This document shows, in pieces, positions 46,314 to 54,564 of a stretch of DNA of 64,000 nucleotides. Source of the stretch: Actinomycetaceae bacterium (GTDB taxonomy: Bacteria; Actinomycetota; Actinomycetes; Actinomycetales; Actinomycetaceae); assembly GCA_030524055.1 (NCBI GenBank), contig JAUNHH010000005.1, positions 8,334 to 72,333 on the forward strand, in the 5' to 3' direction. The translations under genes and the position numbers were made by a program. Positions within the stretch are counted from its first letter, which is position 1; the number at the start of each line of letters is the position of its first letter. The notes under the pieces were generated by a model. The model was not told the DNA's origin and ran no database searches. It saw nothing but the letters and a program-made list of their open reading frames with translations.

Positions 46314-47210
46314 GTGAAGTGCATGCACGACACAACCCCGCTCCAGGACCGCGGCAACGGGACTCGCGGCGACCACACGGTCATCGATGATCCGAACCAT
46401 CCTATTTCGCGCCGGATTCGCGATGTCCTGCGCAATCGCTCCTCCAAGCCAAAGACCATCCTGATCGACGATCCCGAGAACATCGAGCAAGCTGCGCGAA
46501 GCGGCGTACAACTCGACAGCTTGTACGTGACCGAGGGACTGCCGCCTTCTTCAATCGGTGACACGCTTTCTGTCCACGGACGACTCCCCGTACACATGCT
46601 GTCTCGTGGGGTTGTTGACGGTCTGTTCGGCGACGAGAAGCGGGCGCGCGTTTTCGCCTTGGCGAACGCTCCTCGTCCCGCGCGGCTGAGCGACCTGTCT
46701 AGCGCGCAGGGCGACATCGTCGTACTCGATGGCGTACGCCTGATGGGCAACATCGGCGCGATCACCAGGACGTCTGCGGGATTCGGAGCCGCCGGTCTCG
46801 TTCTTCTGGAAAGTGGGTTACGGCATGTGTTTGATCGACGGCTAATCCGAGCAAGCAGAGGGCTCGTGTTCACCCTTCCCATCGTGCTCGCGACTCCCGA
46901 CGAGTTCGCTGATTACGTGCTCGGTGAGCGGACTGTCGTGAGCACACTGACGGCACATGCAATTGAACGACTCGAATCCGCCAGCGGTGTCCAGGACCGG
47001 ATGGCCATAGTTCTGGGCAGCGAACGTCATGGCGTATCAGAGAAACTCGATCGGCTTGCGAGCTACAGGTATGCCATCCCGATGTCGCCTGAGATTGATT
47101 CGCTCAACGTGTCCGTCGCGGCAGGAATCGCTCTTTACGAGCGGAACCGCTCACGCACCGCCAAGAACATGAAGGAAAAATCTGCTGGCCGATCCGTCGC
47201 GCGGTGGTGA
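46314..47210 (+). CDS. SpoU/TrmH-family rRNA 2'-O-methyltransferase of the thiostrepton/nosiheptide-resistance type (Tsr/NshR-like)
   Basis: From my recollection of Streptomyces azureus Tsr, close matches along the catalytic half: PRPARLSDLSSAQGDIVVLDGVRLMGNIGAITRTS (Tsr: [35 protein letters not shown]), RRLIRASRGLVFTLPIVL, IPMSPEIDSLNVSVAAGIALYER. SPOUT knot motifs are present. Confidence 0.75.
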   Translation: MKCMHDTTPLQDRGNGTRGDHTVIDDPNHPISRRIRDVLRNRSSKPKTILIDDPENIEQAARSGVQLDSLYVTEGLPPSSIGDTLSVHGRLPVHMLSRGVVDGLFGDEKRARVFALANAPRPARLSDLSSAQGDIVVLDGVRLMGNIGAITRTSAGFGAAGLVLLESGLRHVFDRRLIRASRGLVFTLPIVLATPDEFADYVLGERTVVSTLTAHAIERLESASGVQDRMAIVLGSERHGVSEKLDRLASYRYAIPMSPEIDSLNVSVAAGIALYERNRSRTAKNMKEKSAGRSVARW

Positions 47211-47402
47211 AATCCGGCGCGGGGCCACGTCAGCGGACGGGCCATAGGACGAGCCTCCTGCAAGCCGTCCCGCGCCGACAGGACCGCCGCCCCGACGCGG
47301 AGCACACGACGCTTCCGCTGACGGGCGGCGGGTGTAGGCGCGTGGTGGCGCGCGTCCTGACGTGGGTGCTGATGGCGCACCTCCCTCACGGGAGGCGCCA
47401 CC

Positions 47403-48132
47403 GTGACCGAACACACCCCGCCCGACGCGAGCGACGATGCCGCGGAAGCGGCTGGCTCGGAAGCATGACTTGGACCCTTGGCATATTGCCTCAGCGGCGT
47501 TCGAGGTCATGCTCGCCCCGTCGACGCGGAACGCAGGGAATCCGTGGGCTGTGGTCACCCGCGCGGTGCAGATCACTTGCAACACCGACATACGGGCTGC
47601 CGGACTGTTGGTATCTCCGAATCAGGCGCGTCACACCAAGTGACTCGCCGGATTCCACGACGCGGTGCGATTCGCCGAACGAGAAGGCCTCGCCGACTAC
47701 CATCCCGCGTTCGCCGTCCCTCCCGACGATGATGATGATCCAGAGTCCGGCGAGGACGACGGACGGGTCGCCACCGCTCTGTCGGATGCGGTGGCGCTGT
47801 TCGTCTCGGCGGGCTGGGACGCCGCGCTCGTGGCTGACTGCGTGGAGCACGTCGCCTATCGGCTGGCGGACTTGTCCTCACGACGGAGCGCCGTGGAGGT
47901 ACTGCGGCGCGACCGCACTGTCCCGAAGTTGCTGGGTCTGCCGCCACGGTCATGGGCTGCGCTGCTGCGGATCGTGCTGGGGCATCCCGCACCGAAGTAC
48001 AGGGGCACCCCGACCGGAGATGGCGCGCTGGTGCGCCTGCTGAACGGCGAACCGCTGGATTCACTCCGCCAGGATGACGCTCTGATGGAAGCGATCCGCG
48101 CCGCGAAGCCCAACCCGCCCCCTGGAGCGTGA
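47403..48132 (+). pseudogene. Interrupted paralogue of the 62899-63762 gene (in-frame TGA at ~47641-47643; divergent/shortened N-terminus)
   Basis: Track ORFs 47437..47643 and 47665..48132 lie in the same frame and together align with the intact 287-aa protein at 62899..63762 (…LDPW(H/E)(I/V)ASAAFEVMLAPSTRNA(G/S)NPWAVVTRAVQITC… and …CVEHVAYRLADLSSR…LRIVLGHPA…). An RBS-like GGGAGG is conserved upstream of both copies. Confidence 0.55.
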
Positions 48133-48232
48133 ACCTCATCGGCGGCGCGGCCAGGACAGCGCACGTTCAACGCCGCATCACTCCGAAGCGACTGCATATA
48201 GTGCTCAATGCACACTATCTCTACTAGATATT

Positions 48233-48469
48233 GTGGTTACGGGTGTGCACCTGTCTGGTATGACTACCACAGCAGCGCACAGAACCCCCGATGCTTCCCG
48301 GACGCCCTCGGCTCGTGAGCGGCGGGGTCGTGTTCCGAGCGGTCTGCCGCCGGGGTTTGATCCGGTGGCGTGGACGCGCCAGGCGTGTGAGCGGTCCGGG
48401 GTGACGGTCGGGGTGAGCGATCCGGTGGCGCTGGCCAAGCTGCGTGTCCTCACCCGACCCGAGGACTGA
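48233..48469 (+). CDS. Small hypothetical protein (paralogue of the partial ORF at 63793→)
   Basis: 78 aa; C-terminal …GVSDPVALAKLRVL… resembles …AVDDPAVLAELREL… in the ORF that follows the intact duplicate gene, so the duplicated module spans two genes. Lies between the pseudogene and the recombinase gene end; possible recombination accessory factor (speculative). Confidence 0.35.
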   Translation: MVTGVHLSGMTTTAAHRTPDASRTPSARERRGRVPSGLPPGFDPVAWTRQACERSGVTVGVSDPVALAKLRVLTRPED

Positions 48470-48534
48470 CCGCGCGCACGCGCGAGCGCCGCCGTCCCAA
48501 CGAGGAGCGGCGGCGCTCGGGTCTGTGGTGGGGG

Positions 48535-50019
48535 TCAGGCTTTGAAGGTGAGTTCGACGCGTTCGGGCCGGAACCTGGCCCCGCGTTTGCCGGGTTCTGC
48601 GGGTTTGACGATGAGGGTGTCGATCAAGGCGGCGATGATCGCGCGTTTCTGCGGGATCGACCACTCCGACTCCCACGCGTGCCGTAGTGCTTCCTCGTCG
48701 CCGATAGGGATGCCCTTCAGCGCCGAGGATTTCGCACTCCGCCCGAGGACGAGTTCGGCGTTGCTGATGATCGCGGTGGCGGCGGTCTTCGCGGCGTGCA
48801 GTTCGGTGCGGGAGAGCAGGCCCGCGCCGTAGTCGCGGGCCATGTCCTCCATGCGCTGCCTCGCGGCGGTGATCTGCTCCATCGCCGCACTGACCCCCGC
48901 GTCCGCATCCGGTGCTGCGGTGGGCAGGGTGGTCGCGGCCAGGCGGGTAATCATGGCCTCGCTCACCAGGGTTTCGATGCCGTGCGCGGACACGACGAGA
49001 CCGCCGCGCTCGGGCCTGCCGGGGAGGGGGAGGCAGCGGTAGAAGCGTCGCTTCCCGATGGAGGTCTCTCCTCGATGGAGTCCTGAGGAGACGAGGGTGT
49101 TGCCACATTTGGCGCAGGTGATCAACCCGGCCAGGAGGCTCTTGGAGGAGCGGCCCACGCGACGGTCGGGGTGGTTGAACACCGCCCGGATGCGCGCCGT
49201 CTCTTCCGGGGTGATGATCGCCTCCCAGTTCCCCGGCCCGAGAATCGCGCGGTCGCGGCGTTCCCACGTCGCCGTCGTCTTCGACGCGGGTTCGTAGGCC
49301 CGTTGCCCTGAGATACGTGCTGAGCAGAGGATTGAACCGACGGCGCTCTCGTGCCACACGTTCAACCGGCTCTTGCCTTTCGACGGCGGCACCGGCCCGC
49401 CGTCGCGGTTGAGCCACCTGGTGATCTGCCGCACCGACTGGCCCGCGAGGAACCGGTCGGCCATCTTGCGGATGACGGCTGCTTCTTCGGGGATGAGGAC
49501 GCCGCCGATGCCGTATCCGTACTTCGCGCCGCCGTGCCAGTCACCGCGCTCGGCCTTCTGCTGGTTCGCCCGCCGGATGCGGTCTGCCTTGTGCCCGGAC
49601 TCGTAGGAGGCGATCGCGACGAGCTGACGGGCCATCAACCGGCCTTCGTGGGTGTTCAGGTCGAACGCGCCGCCCTTGACGGTCTCGATTCTGATCGGGT
49701 GGGTTTCCACGGGGTCGATGAGGTCTTCCAGCTCGCGGGGGCGACGGTAGAGGCGATCCACATGCCACGCCACGATCCGCGACGGCCCCAGCTTCACCCG
49801 CTCCAACAGGTCGATGTAGCCGGGGCGCTTCTTGCCCGAGTACGCGGAGATGTCGTTGTCCATGAAGATCGCCGGATCGGTGATCCCGAGCCGCGCGCAC
49901 AGTTCCAGGCAGTCCTGGCGCTGCCGCTCGACCCCGGCCTCCGCGCCGGTACGATCCTCGGAGATACGCAGGTACACCACCACCTGCTCCACACCGCTGT
50001 TTGCTGTTGTGCCGTCCAT
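48535..50019 (-). CDS. Large serine recombinase (resolvase/invertase N-terminal catalytic domain + recombinase and zinc-ribbon domains)
   Basis: Start MDGTTANSGVEQVVVYLRISEDRTG… (catalytic Ser in the YLRIS context) preceded by AGGGAGG at 5-nt spacing; …DRLYRRPRELEDLI… resolvase domain; C-terminal Cys pairs (CAKCGNTL…RFYRCL) and a coiled coil. The track ORF (to 50826) extends into non-coding antisense of the adjacent fragment. Confidence 0.85.
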   Translation of the reverse strand: MDGTTANSGVEQVVVYLRISEDRTGAEAGVERQRQDCLELCARLGITDPAIFMDNDISAYSGKKRPGYIDLLERVKLGPSRIVAWHVDRLYRRPRELEDLIDPVETHPIRIETVKGGAFDLNTHEGRLMARQLVAIASYESGHKADRIRRANQQKAERGDWHGGAKYGYGIGGVLIPEEAAVIRKMADRFLAGQSVRQITRWLNRDGGPVPPSKGKSRLNVWHESAVGSILCSARISGQRAYEPASKTTATWERRDRAILGPGNWEAIITPEETARIRAVFNHPDRRVGRSSKSLLAGLITCAKCGNTLVSSGLHRGETSIGKRRFYRCLPLPGRPERGGLVVSAHGIETLVSEAMITRLAATTLPTAAPDADAGVSAAMEQITAARQRMEDMARDYGAGLLSRTELHAAKTAATAIISNAELVLGRSAKSSALKGIPIGDEEALRHAWESEWSIPQKRAIIAALIDTLIVKPAEPGKRGARFRPERVELTFKA

Positions 50020-50085
50020 GACGACCTCCCTCATTTTCCTGGTAGGTACGCCGGTCAAACCCGACACGTCGACAAGACAACCGCG

Positions 50086-50949
50086 ATGAACGCACTCCGC
50101 CGAGCCTGGGAAACCTCGCATGGTTCCGGGTCGGTGGTGGGGTTGGCGCCGTCGGCGGTGGCGGCGCAGGTGCTGGCCGACGATCTGGGGATCGCTACGG
50201 AGAACACGGCGAAGTGGTGGACCACCCACCAATACACCGGTGCCACCTTCCAGGCCGGGCAGCTCGTCATCATCGACGAAGCCTCCCTCGCCGGCACCCT
50301 CTCCCTGGACCGGATCACGCAGGCAGCGGAGGAGGCGGGGGCGAAAGTGCTGCTGGTCGGCGACTACGCCCAGCTCCAGTCCGTCGACGCAGGCGGTGCG
50401 TTCAGCCTCTTGATCCACGACCGCCACGATGCCCCCGAACTGGTCGATGTCCACCGCTTCACCCACGACTGGGAGAAGACCGCATCCCTGGAACTGCGGC
50501 ACGGCCGCACCCCAGTCATCGACACCTACCTCAACCACCATCGCATCCATGATGGTGACGTCGGGGCCATGACCGATGCCGCCTACACCGCCTGGCACCG
50601 AGACCGTCGGCAGGGTTTGGTGTCGGTGCTGATCGTCGAAACCCGCGAGAACGTCACCGCCCTCAACATCCGAGCCCGCGCCGACCTCATCCTTGACGGC
50701 ACGCTGAAGCCCGGCCCCGAAATCACCCTGTCCGACGGATCGGCAGCGGGCGTGGGGGACACGATCATCACCCGCCACAACGACCGGCGGCTGCGGAACC
50801 GGCACGGCTGGATCCGCAACGGCCAAACCTGGACCATCAGCCAGGTTCGGGGCGATGGGTCGGTCACGATCCGCCCACCCGGGGCCAGGTTCGGAAACAG
50901 CATCTTCCTACCCGCCGACTACGTGGCCGAGCACGTCGACCTCGGCTAG
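50086..50949 (+). pseudogene. Truncated MobF/TraA relaxase gene fragment (helicase core only; lacks the N-terminal relaxase domain and C-terminus)
   Basis: 288 codons aligning to the RecD-like helicase segment of TraA (…LVIIDEASLAGTLSLDRI…VLLVGDYAQLQSVDAGGAFSLL…VHRFTHDW…) at ~30-35% identity to the intact relaxase at 54565-58020. Begins 67 nt from the recombinase start. The track ORF 49351..50949 is spurious upstream of 50086. Confidence 0.7.
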
Positions 50950-51071
50950 CCGAGGTGCCCCAAACACACTCACCTGTGTTCGTGCGCGTGTGCGCGCTTC
51001 CAGCCTACTCCGCCGTCGATCGACGGCGCGGTCTATCTCGTCAGCCCTGTTGCTGTCGATATCCTTGAGAC

Positions 51072-51827
51072 ATGCACGAGGGGTCAGCGTTTACCAGCCA
51101 GCAGTGGCTCAGTGGGCTGCTGCCCGAGGTGAATTCCGCCCGGAGCGTACTCGCGTCCGCCGATCGCCTCCTGCGGCAAGACGGAGCCCTCGAACGTGAC
51201 CTCGATGCTGTCCTAGCGACTTACTCGATCGGTGTCGAACGACTCATGAAGCTCGCGCTTGGCACCGCAGCCGTCTCCAGAGGAGAAGGCTGGCCAACGA
51301 AAATGGGCTTCACCCGTGAGGGCTGGGGCCATGCCTTGGATGAGATGGACGAGCGGTTACGCTCCGAACTCCGCGAGGCAGTCGAGTCTGGCGACTGGGA
51401 GCGGAAACAGATGCTGCGCAACTGGATTTGCACCCTAGACAACGACCCCGTCTGGGCGGCGGTGGTGCGCACCCTGAGAAACTACGCAGACGCGGGCCGC
51501 TACCACCATCTCGACCAGGTGGCTGGCAAAGAGGTTAGCTCGCGATCATCGAGCGAGATGTGGGACGAGGCAGAGCGGGCGGCCATCGCCAGCTCATCTT
51601 CTCTCGCCGCCCATCACCAGCGAACGACGGAGGGCGCGGGCTTCGCGCCATTCGAACGCGAACTGCGCGCGGAAGTTGCCGACTCCATCAAACGCTGGGT
51701 TTCCATCGTCTGTTTGTGTGGCTTCCACGGCGTACTCGGTGAAGATTGGCGAGTTATCGGGGCTTCTGCGCTCCCCGATGATGCGTTGCCTGTCCGAGCG
51801 CTGCCGAACTGTGAGGCTCAGGCGTGA
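51072..51827 (+). CDS. Hypothetical protein (first gene of the AAA+ ATPase module)
   Basis: 251-aa ORF with coding-like composition and no recognisable motifs. GC visibly lower than the flanking island genes. Confidence 0.45.
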   Translation: MHEGSAFTSQQWLSGLLPEVNSARSVLASADRLLRQDGALERDLDAVLATYSIGVERLMKLALGTAAVSRGEGWPTKMGFTREGWGHALDEMDERLRSELREAVESGDWERKQMLRNWICTLDNDPVWAAVVRTLRNYADAGRYHHLDQVAGKEVSSRSSSEMWDEAERAAIASSSSLAAHHQRTTEGAGFAPFERELRAEVADSIKRWVSIVCLCGFHGVLGEDWRVIGASALPDDALPVRALPNCEAQA

Positions 51828-51849
51828 CGATCCGCACGAGAGACTTCAG

Positions 51850-53079
51850 ATGACGACTCTGCTGCCAGGTGAGTTTGAGGATGAAGAGCCCGACATCATC
51901 GAAGGGCAATTGTTCCGGGTCCTAACCAATGTCGATGGCTCAGTCTTGCTTGAGCTGCGGAACGGCAACACGGCCCGCGCCAACGGCTCGGGCCTGGCTG
52001 GTTTGCAGCCCGGAGACGTCTTCCTGCTTGCGGACGGTCGGGTCGAGCAACTCCCCGCTGAGTCATGGCCGGCTGGTGATCGCACTGGAACCGTCGTGTG
52101 GGCTGGGAACACCGATATCGTCGTGAAGTCAGCTGGCTCTACCTATAGCTTCCGGCAGCGAGCCGACGTTCCCTTCAAGAAGGGGCAAACGGTTCGGCTC
52201 GGACCAGATGGCCAACCGATCGCCGTGATTGCAGACGAACCCATTGACGACCTCAGCATCCTCCGCGACGATGACTTCGACCCGGAGTCCCTCGTTGTCC
52301 GAAAAGAAGATAACACCACGTCCCTCGAGGATTTCGGCGGCAACACGACGCTCGTCCGCCGCACTCTCGACCTCGCGACCGTGGCGCTTTTGCCCGACGA
52401 TCCATTGCGGACGATGGGAGTAAACCCGATCAAAGGCATGCTCTTCAGTGGCCCCTCTGGCACGGGAAAAACATTCCTTGCTCGGGCTCTCGCTGCCAAG
52501 CTCGATGCTTCTTTCTACAACGTCGGCGGGCCTATGATTGTCGACAAATTCGTCGGCCAGACTGAGCGTCGGCTCCGCGAAATCTTCGAGCATGCGCAAG
52601 TCAACGGTCCCGCGATTCTCTTCTTCGACGAGATCGATAGCTTGTACACGCAACGGGGCGAACGCAACCACGAGGCAACCAACCGGCTCGTTGGACAGTT
52701 CCTGTCGCTCCTTGACGGTTTCGTGGCGTACGACCGAGTGCTCATCATTGCGACGACAAACCTTCCCGGAGCGCTTGATGACGCGCTCCTGCGCCCTGGA
52801 CGACTGGGGCACAAGCTCGTCTTCTCCTTGCCGTCCGAGGATGACAGAGTTCAGATTCTCACGGCATCGAGTCGCAAGGTGACATTCCGAGAGGCGCCAG
52901 ACCTGTCAGCGCTGGCCCAACTCACGGACGGCTGGACAGCGGCCGACCTCGCTGCGATCTGGACCGAGGCCGGTCTTGCCGCGACCCTCGACCATAGGAA
53001 ATCCATCGCTTGGGAAGACATCCTCATCGGTGTTGAGGCGGTTGACCGCGACCGAAGAACCCAAGTGAAGGCAGAGTGA
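51850..53079 (+). CDS. Classic-clade AAA+ ATPase with ~150-aa N-terminal domain of unknown function
   Basis: Walker A GPSGTGKTFLARALA, Walker B ILFFDEIDSL, sensor-1/SRH ATTNLPGALDDALLRPGRLGHKLVF (FtsH/Cdc48/SpoVK-like). N-terminal domain (MTTLLPGEFEDEEPDIIEGQLFRVLTNVDGSVLLELRNGN…) unassigned. Start at internal ATG 51850; the track ORF begins at 51676. Confidence 0.8.
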   Translation: MTTLLPGEFEDEEPDIIEGQLFRVLTNVDGSVLLELRNGNTARANGSGLAGLQPGDVFLLADGRVEQLPAESWPAGDRTGTVVWAGNTDIVVKSAGSTYSFRQRADVPFKKGQTVRLGPDGQPIAVIADEPIDDLSILRDDDFDPESLVVRKEDNTTSLEDFGGNTTLVRRTLDLATVALLPDDPLRTMGVNPIKGMLFSGPSGTGKTFLARALAAKLDASFYNVGGPMIVDKFVGQTERRLREIFEHAQVNGPAILFFDEIDSLYTQRGERNHEATNRLVGQFLSLLDGFVAYDRVLIIATTNLPGALDDALLRPGRLGHKLVFSLPSEDDRVQILTASSRKVTFREAPDLSALAQLTDGWTAADLAAIWTEAGLAATLDHRKSIAWEDILIGVEAVDRDRRTQVKAE

Positions 53080-53237
53080 TGACTATCTGGAACCGCAAGC
53101 GCAATGAAATCCGTGACCGCCACCGCGAGTTCATCTATCTGGACGAAGTGAGTGTTGTCAGCCTTCTCGCCGGCCTTCAAGGCGAGATTAAGGACGCCGT
53201 CACCGATATCCTCTCGCGTACAGAAGACCACAGTTAG
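53079..53237 (+). CDS. Small ORF (52 aa) translationally coupled to the AAA+ ATPase gene (ATGA overlap)
   Basis: MTIWNRKRNEIRDRHREFIYLDEVSVVSLLAGLQGEIKDAVTDILSRTEDHS; too short for the ORF track. May instead be the N-terminus of the next gene separated by a frameshift (the next ORF's frame is open from 53192 and has only a weak RBS). Confidence 0.3.
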   Translation: MTIWNRKRNEIRDRHREFIYLDEVSVVSLLAGLQGEIKDAVTDILSRTEDHS

Positions 53238-53272
53238 GAGGGACCCTCGGCACGGCGAAGGCCGGTGCCAGC

Positions 53273-54382
53273 GTGGAGTCACGCCTTGGCACATCGCGGA
53301 GCTCGACCAACGAAGTTGTCCGACGTGCGGTCATCCAAAGCACGTTCCGGGACCTCTGGCGACGCGACGTCGGGGTTCTCCTTCACGACATCTCGGGGAT
53401 CAAGCGTAGGCTTCGCAAGCCGATCCACTCGTACCGCGATCTTGAAAATGCACTTCCACGTTTAAAGAAGGCGAAACTGGCCGTCCCCCTGGGCAACATC
53501 CACCGCGGCGACATCGTGGAGATGGACATCAAGGTAGAAGCCGATCAGTTCTTCAAGATGATCACGGTGGGTACCACATTCCTCGATCTCATGAACGGTC
53601 GAGAGGACCTGTTCGGCGTCTCGGCTGCGGACGTTCGTGAGGTCGCACCAATGATCGAGGTACTTAAGGAGCTTCTCGTTGGACTCGTTCCCATGCGGGG
53701 GGTAGCCACGAGCCACAGCGTCATCGAGGTGGCCGGTGAGCAGGTCGCAATCGCAACAGAGCTTCTAGGCAACGAAGTGCAGGGAGGCGCAAGACCTCTC
53801 GAACTGGTCGGCTTCGCTGAAGCCAACTCCTTCTGGCGCGACCTCCGTCGGACACTGTTCTCACCTTCCACCTTCACCGTCTACGCCCGGGCCGAAGGAC
53901 CTACGCTCAGTTCACCATGGTCCCCGATCAAAATCGCGGACCTCCTCGAATCCCTGTCGCCTGATCTCCGTGATGAGGTAGTGCTCCCACTACAACAGCT
54001 TGACCTCGGCAACACCCAGCTGATCGAGACTCCCGAGGCAGGGGCCACCGCTCAGTTTCAACTAAACAACTTCGCCGCTGCGCTCCAAGCGGCCTCGGGC
54101 GCAAGCCCTGATGCCGCTTCGGTCAATAGGGCCGTCGAAACTGCCATTCCGGCACTCGCTTCTGCAACGACCATTGAGGAGCGGCGTCGCGCCTTTGAAC
54201 CTGTCGCCCAGGCTGTAGCAGGCGAGAACGTCGACCGAGACCTACTGCTGACAATCAGAAATGACTGGATCAATCGACTCCCCACGTCCGCGCCGAGCAC
54301 CTCTACGGCTCCTCTTCAACAGCCCGAACCTTACGCGCCACCAGTTCAGCTCGAAGTCGGGTTCGTCGCACTGTACTGGTGA
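53273..54382 (+). CDS. Hypothetical protein (last gene of the AAA+ ATPase module)
   Basis: 369-aa ORF, GTG start, coding-like composition; no recognisable catalytic motif. Confidence 0.45.
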   Translation: MESRLGTSRSSTNEVVRRAVIQSTFRDLWRRDVGVLLHDISGIKRRLRKPIHSYRDLENALPRLKKAKLAVPLGNIHRGDIVEMDIKVEADQFFKMITVGTTFLDLMNGREDLFGVSAADVREVAPMIEVLKELLVGLVPMRGVATSHSVIEVAGEQVAIATELLGNEVQGGARPLELVGFAEANSFWRDLRRTLFSPSTFTVYARAEGPTLSSPWSPIKIADLLESLSPDLRDEVVLPLQQLDLGNTQLIETPEAGATAQFQLNNFAAALQAASGASPDAASVNRAVETAIPALASATTIEERRRAFEPVAQAVAGENVDRDLLLTIRNDWINRLPTSAPSTSTAPLQQPEPYAPPVQLEVGFVALYW

Positions 54383-54564
54383 GCAACCAACCAGGCGGAC
54401 ACGCCATCTTCATCTTCCACGCGCGCTGTAATCCCTTACGCTCAGCGCGTGTCCACTTAGGACTTGACTGACGAGTGGGGCGAGATCAGATATGGATACC
54501 TGACATCTGATGACCGTCGACACAGATTGCCTTGCGCGCCAGCAGGTGCGTGCCCCGAGAACCG

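Noticed and set aside
47437-47665. Programmed frameshift, selenocysteine or readthrough at the TGA separating track ORFs 47437-47643 and 47665-48132
   Set aside because: The two ORFs are in the same frame, so this is a simple in-frame stop. No SECIS-like hairpin is evident. The paralogue has a sense codon there. A pseudogene or sequencing error is most parsimonious.
44868-48500. Tyrosine integrase expected next to tRNA-Ala, or a prophage
   Set aside because: No integrase, capsid, terminase or tail genes in the window. The genes next to the tRNA are tipA/tsr-like. The integrase, if any, must lie beyond the window end.
49351-50085. N-terminal 245 codons of track ORF 49351..50949 as part of a 532-aa protein
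   Set aside because: This portion is antisense to the serine recombinase gene and low-complexity. The homology-supported relaxase fragment starts at ATG 50086.
50020-50826. 763-aa version of the serine recombinase (track ORF to 50826)
   Set aside because: The upstream 269 codons are antisense to the relaxase fragment and lack homology. The conserved N-terminus (VYLRIS) begins at the Met preceded by a strong AGGGAGG RBS.
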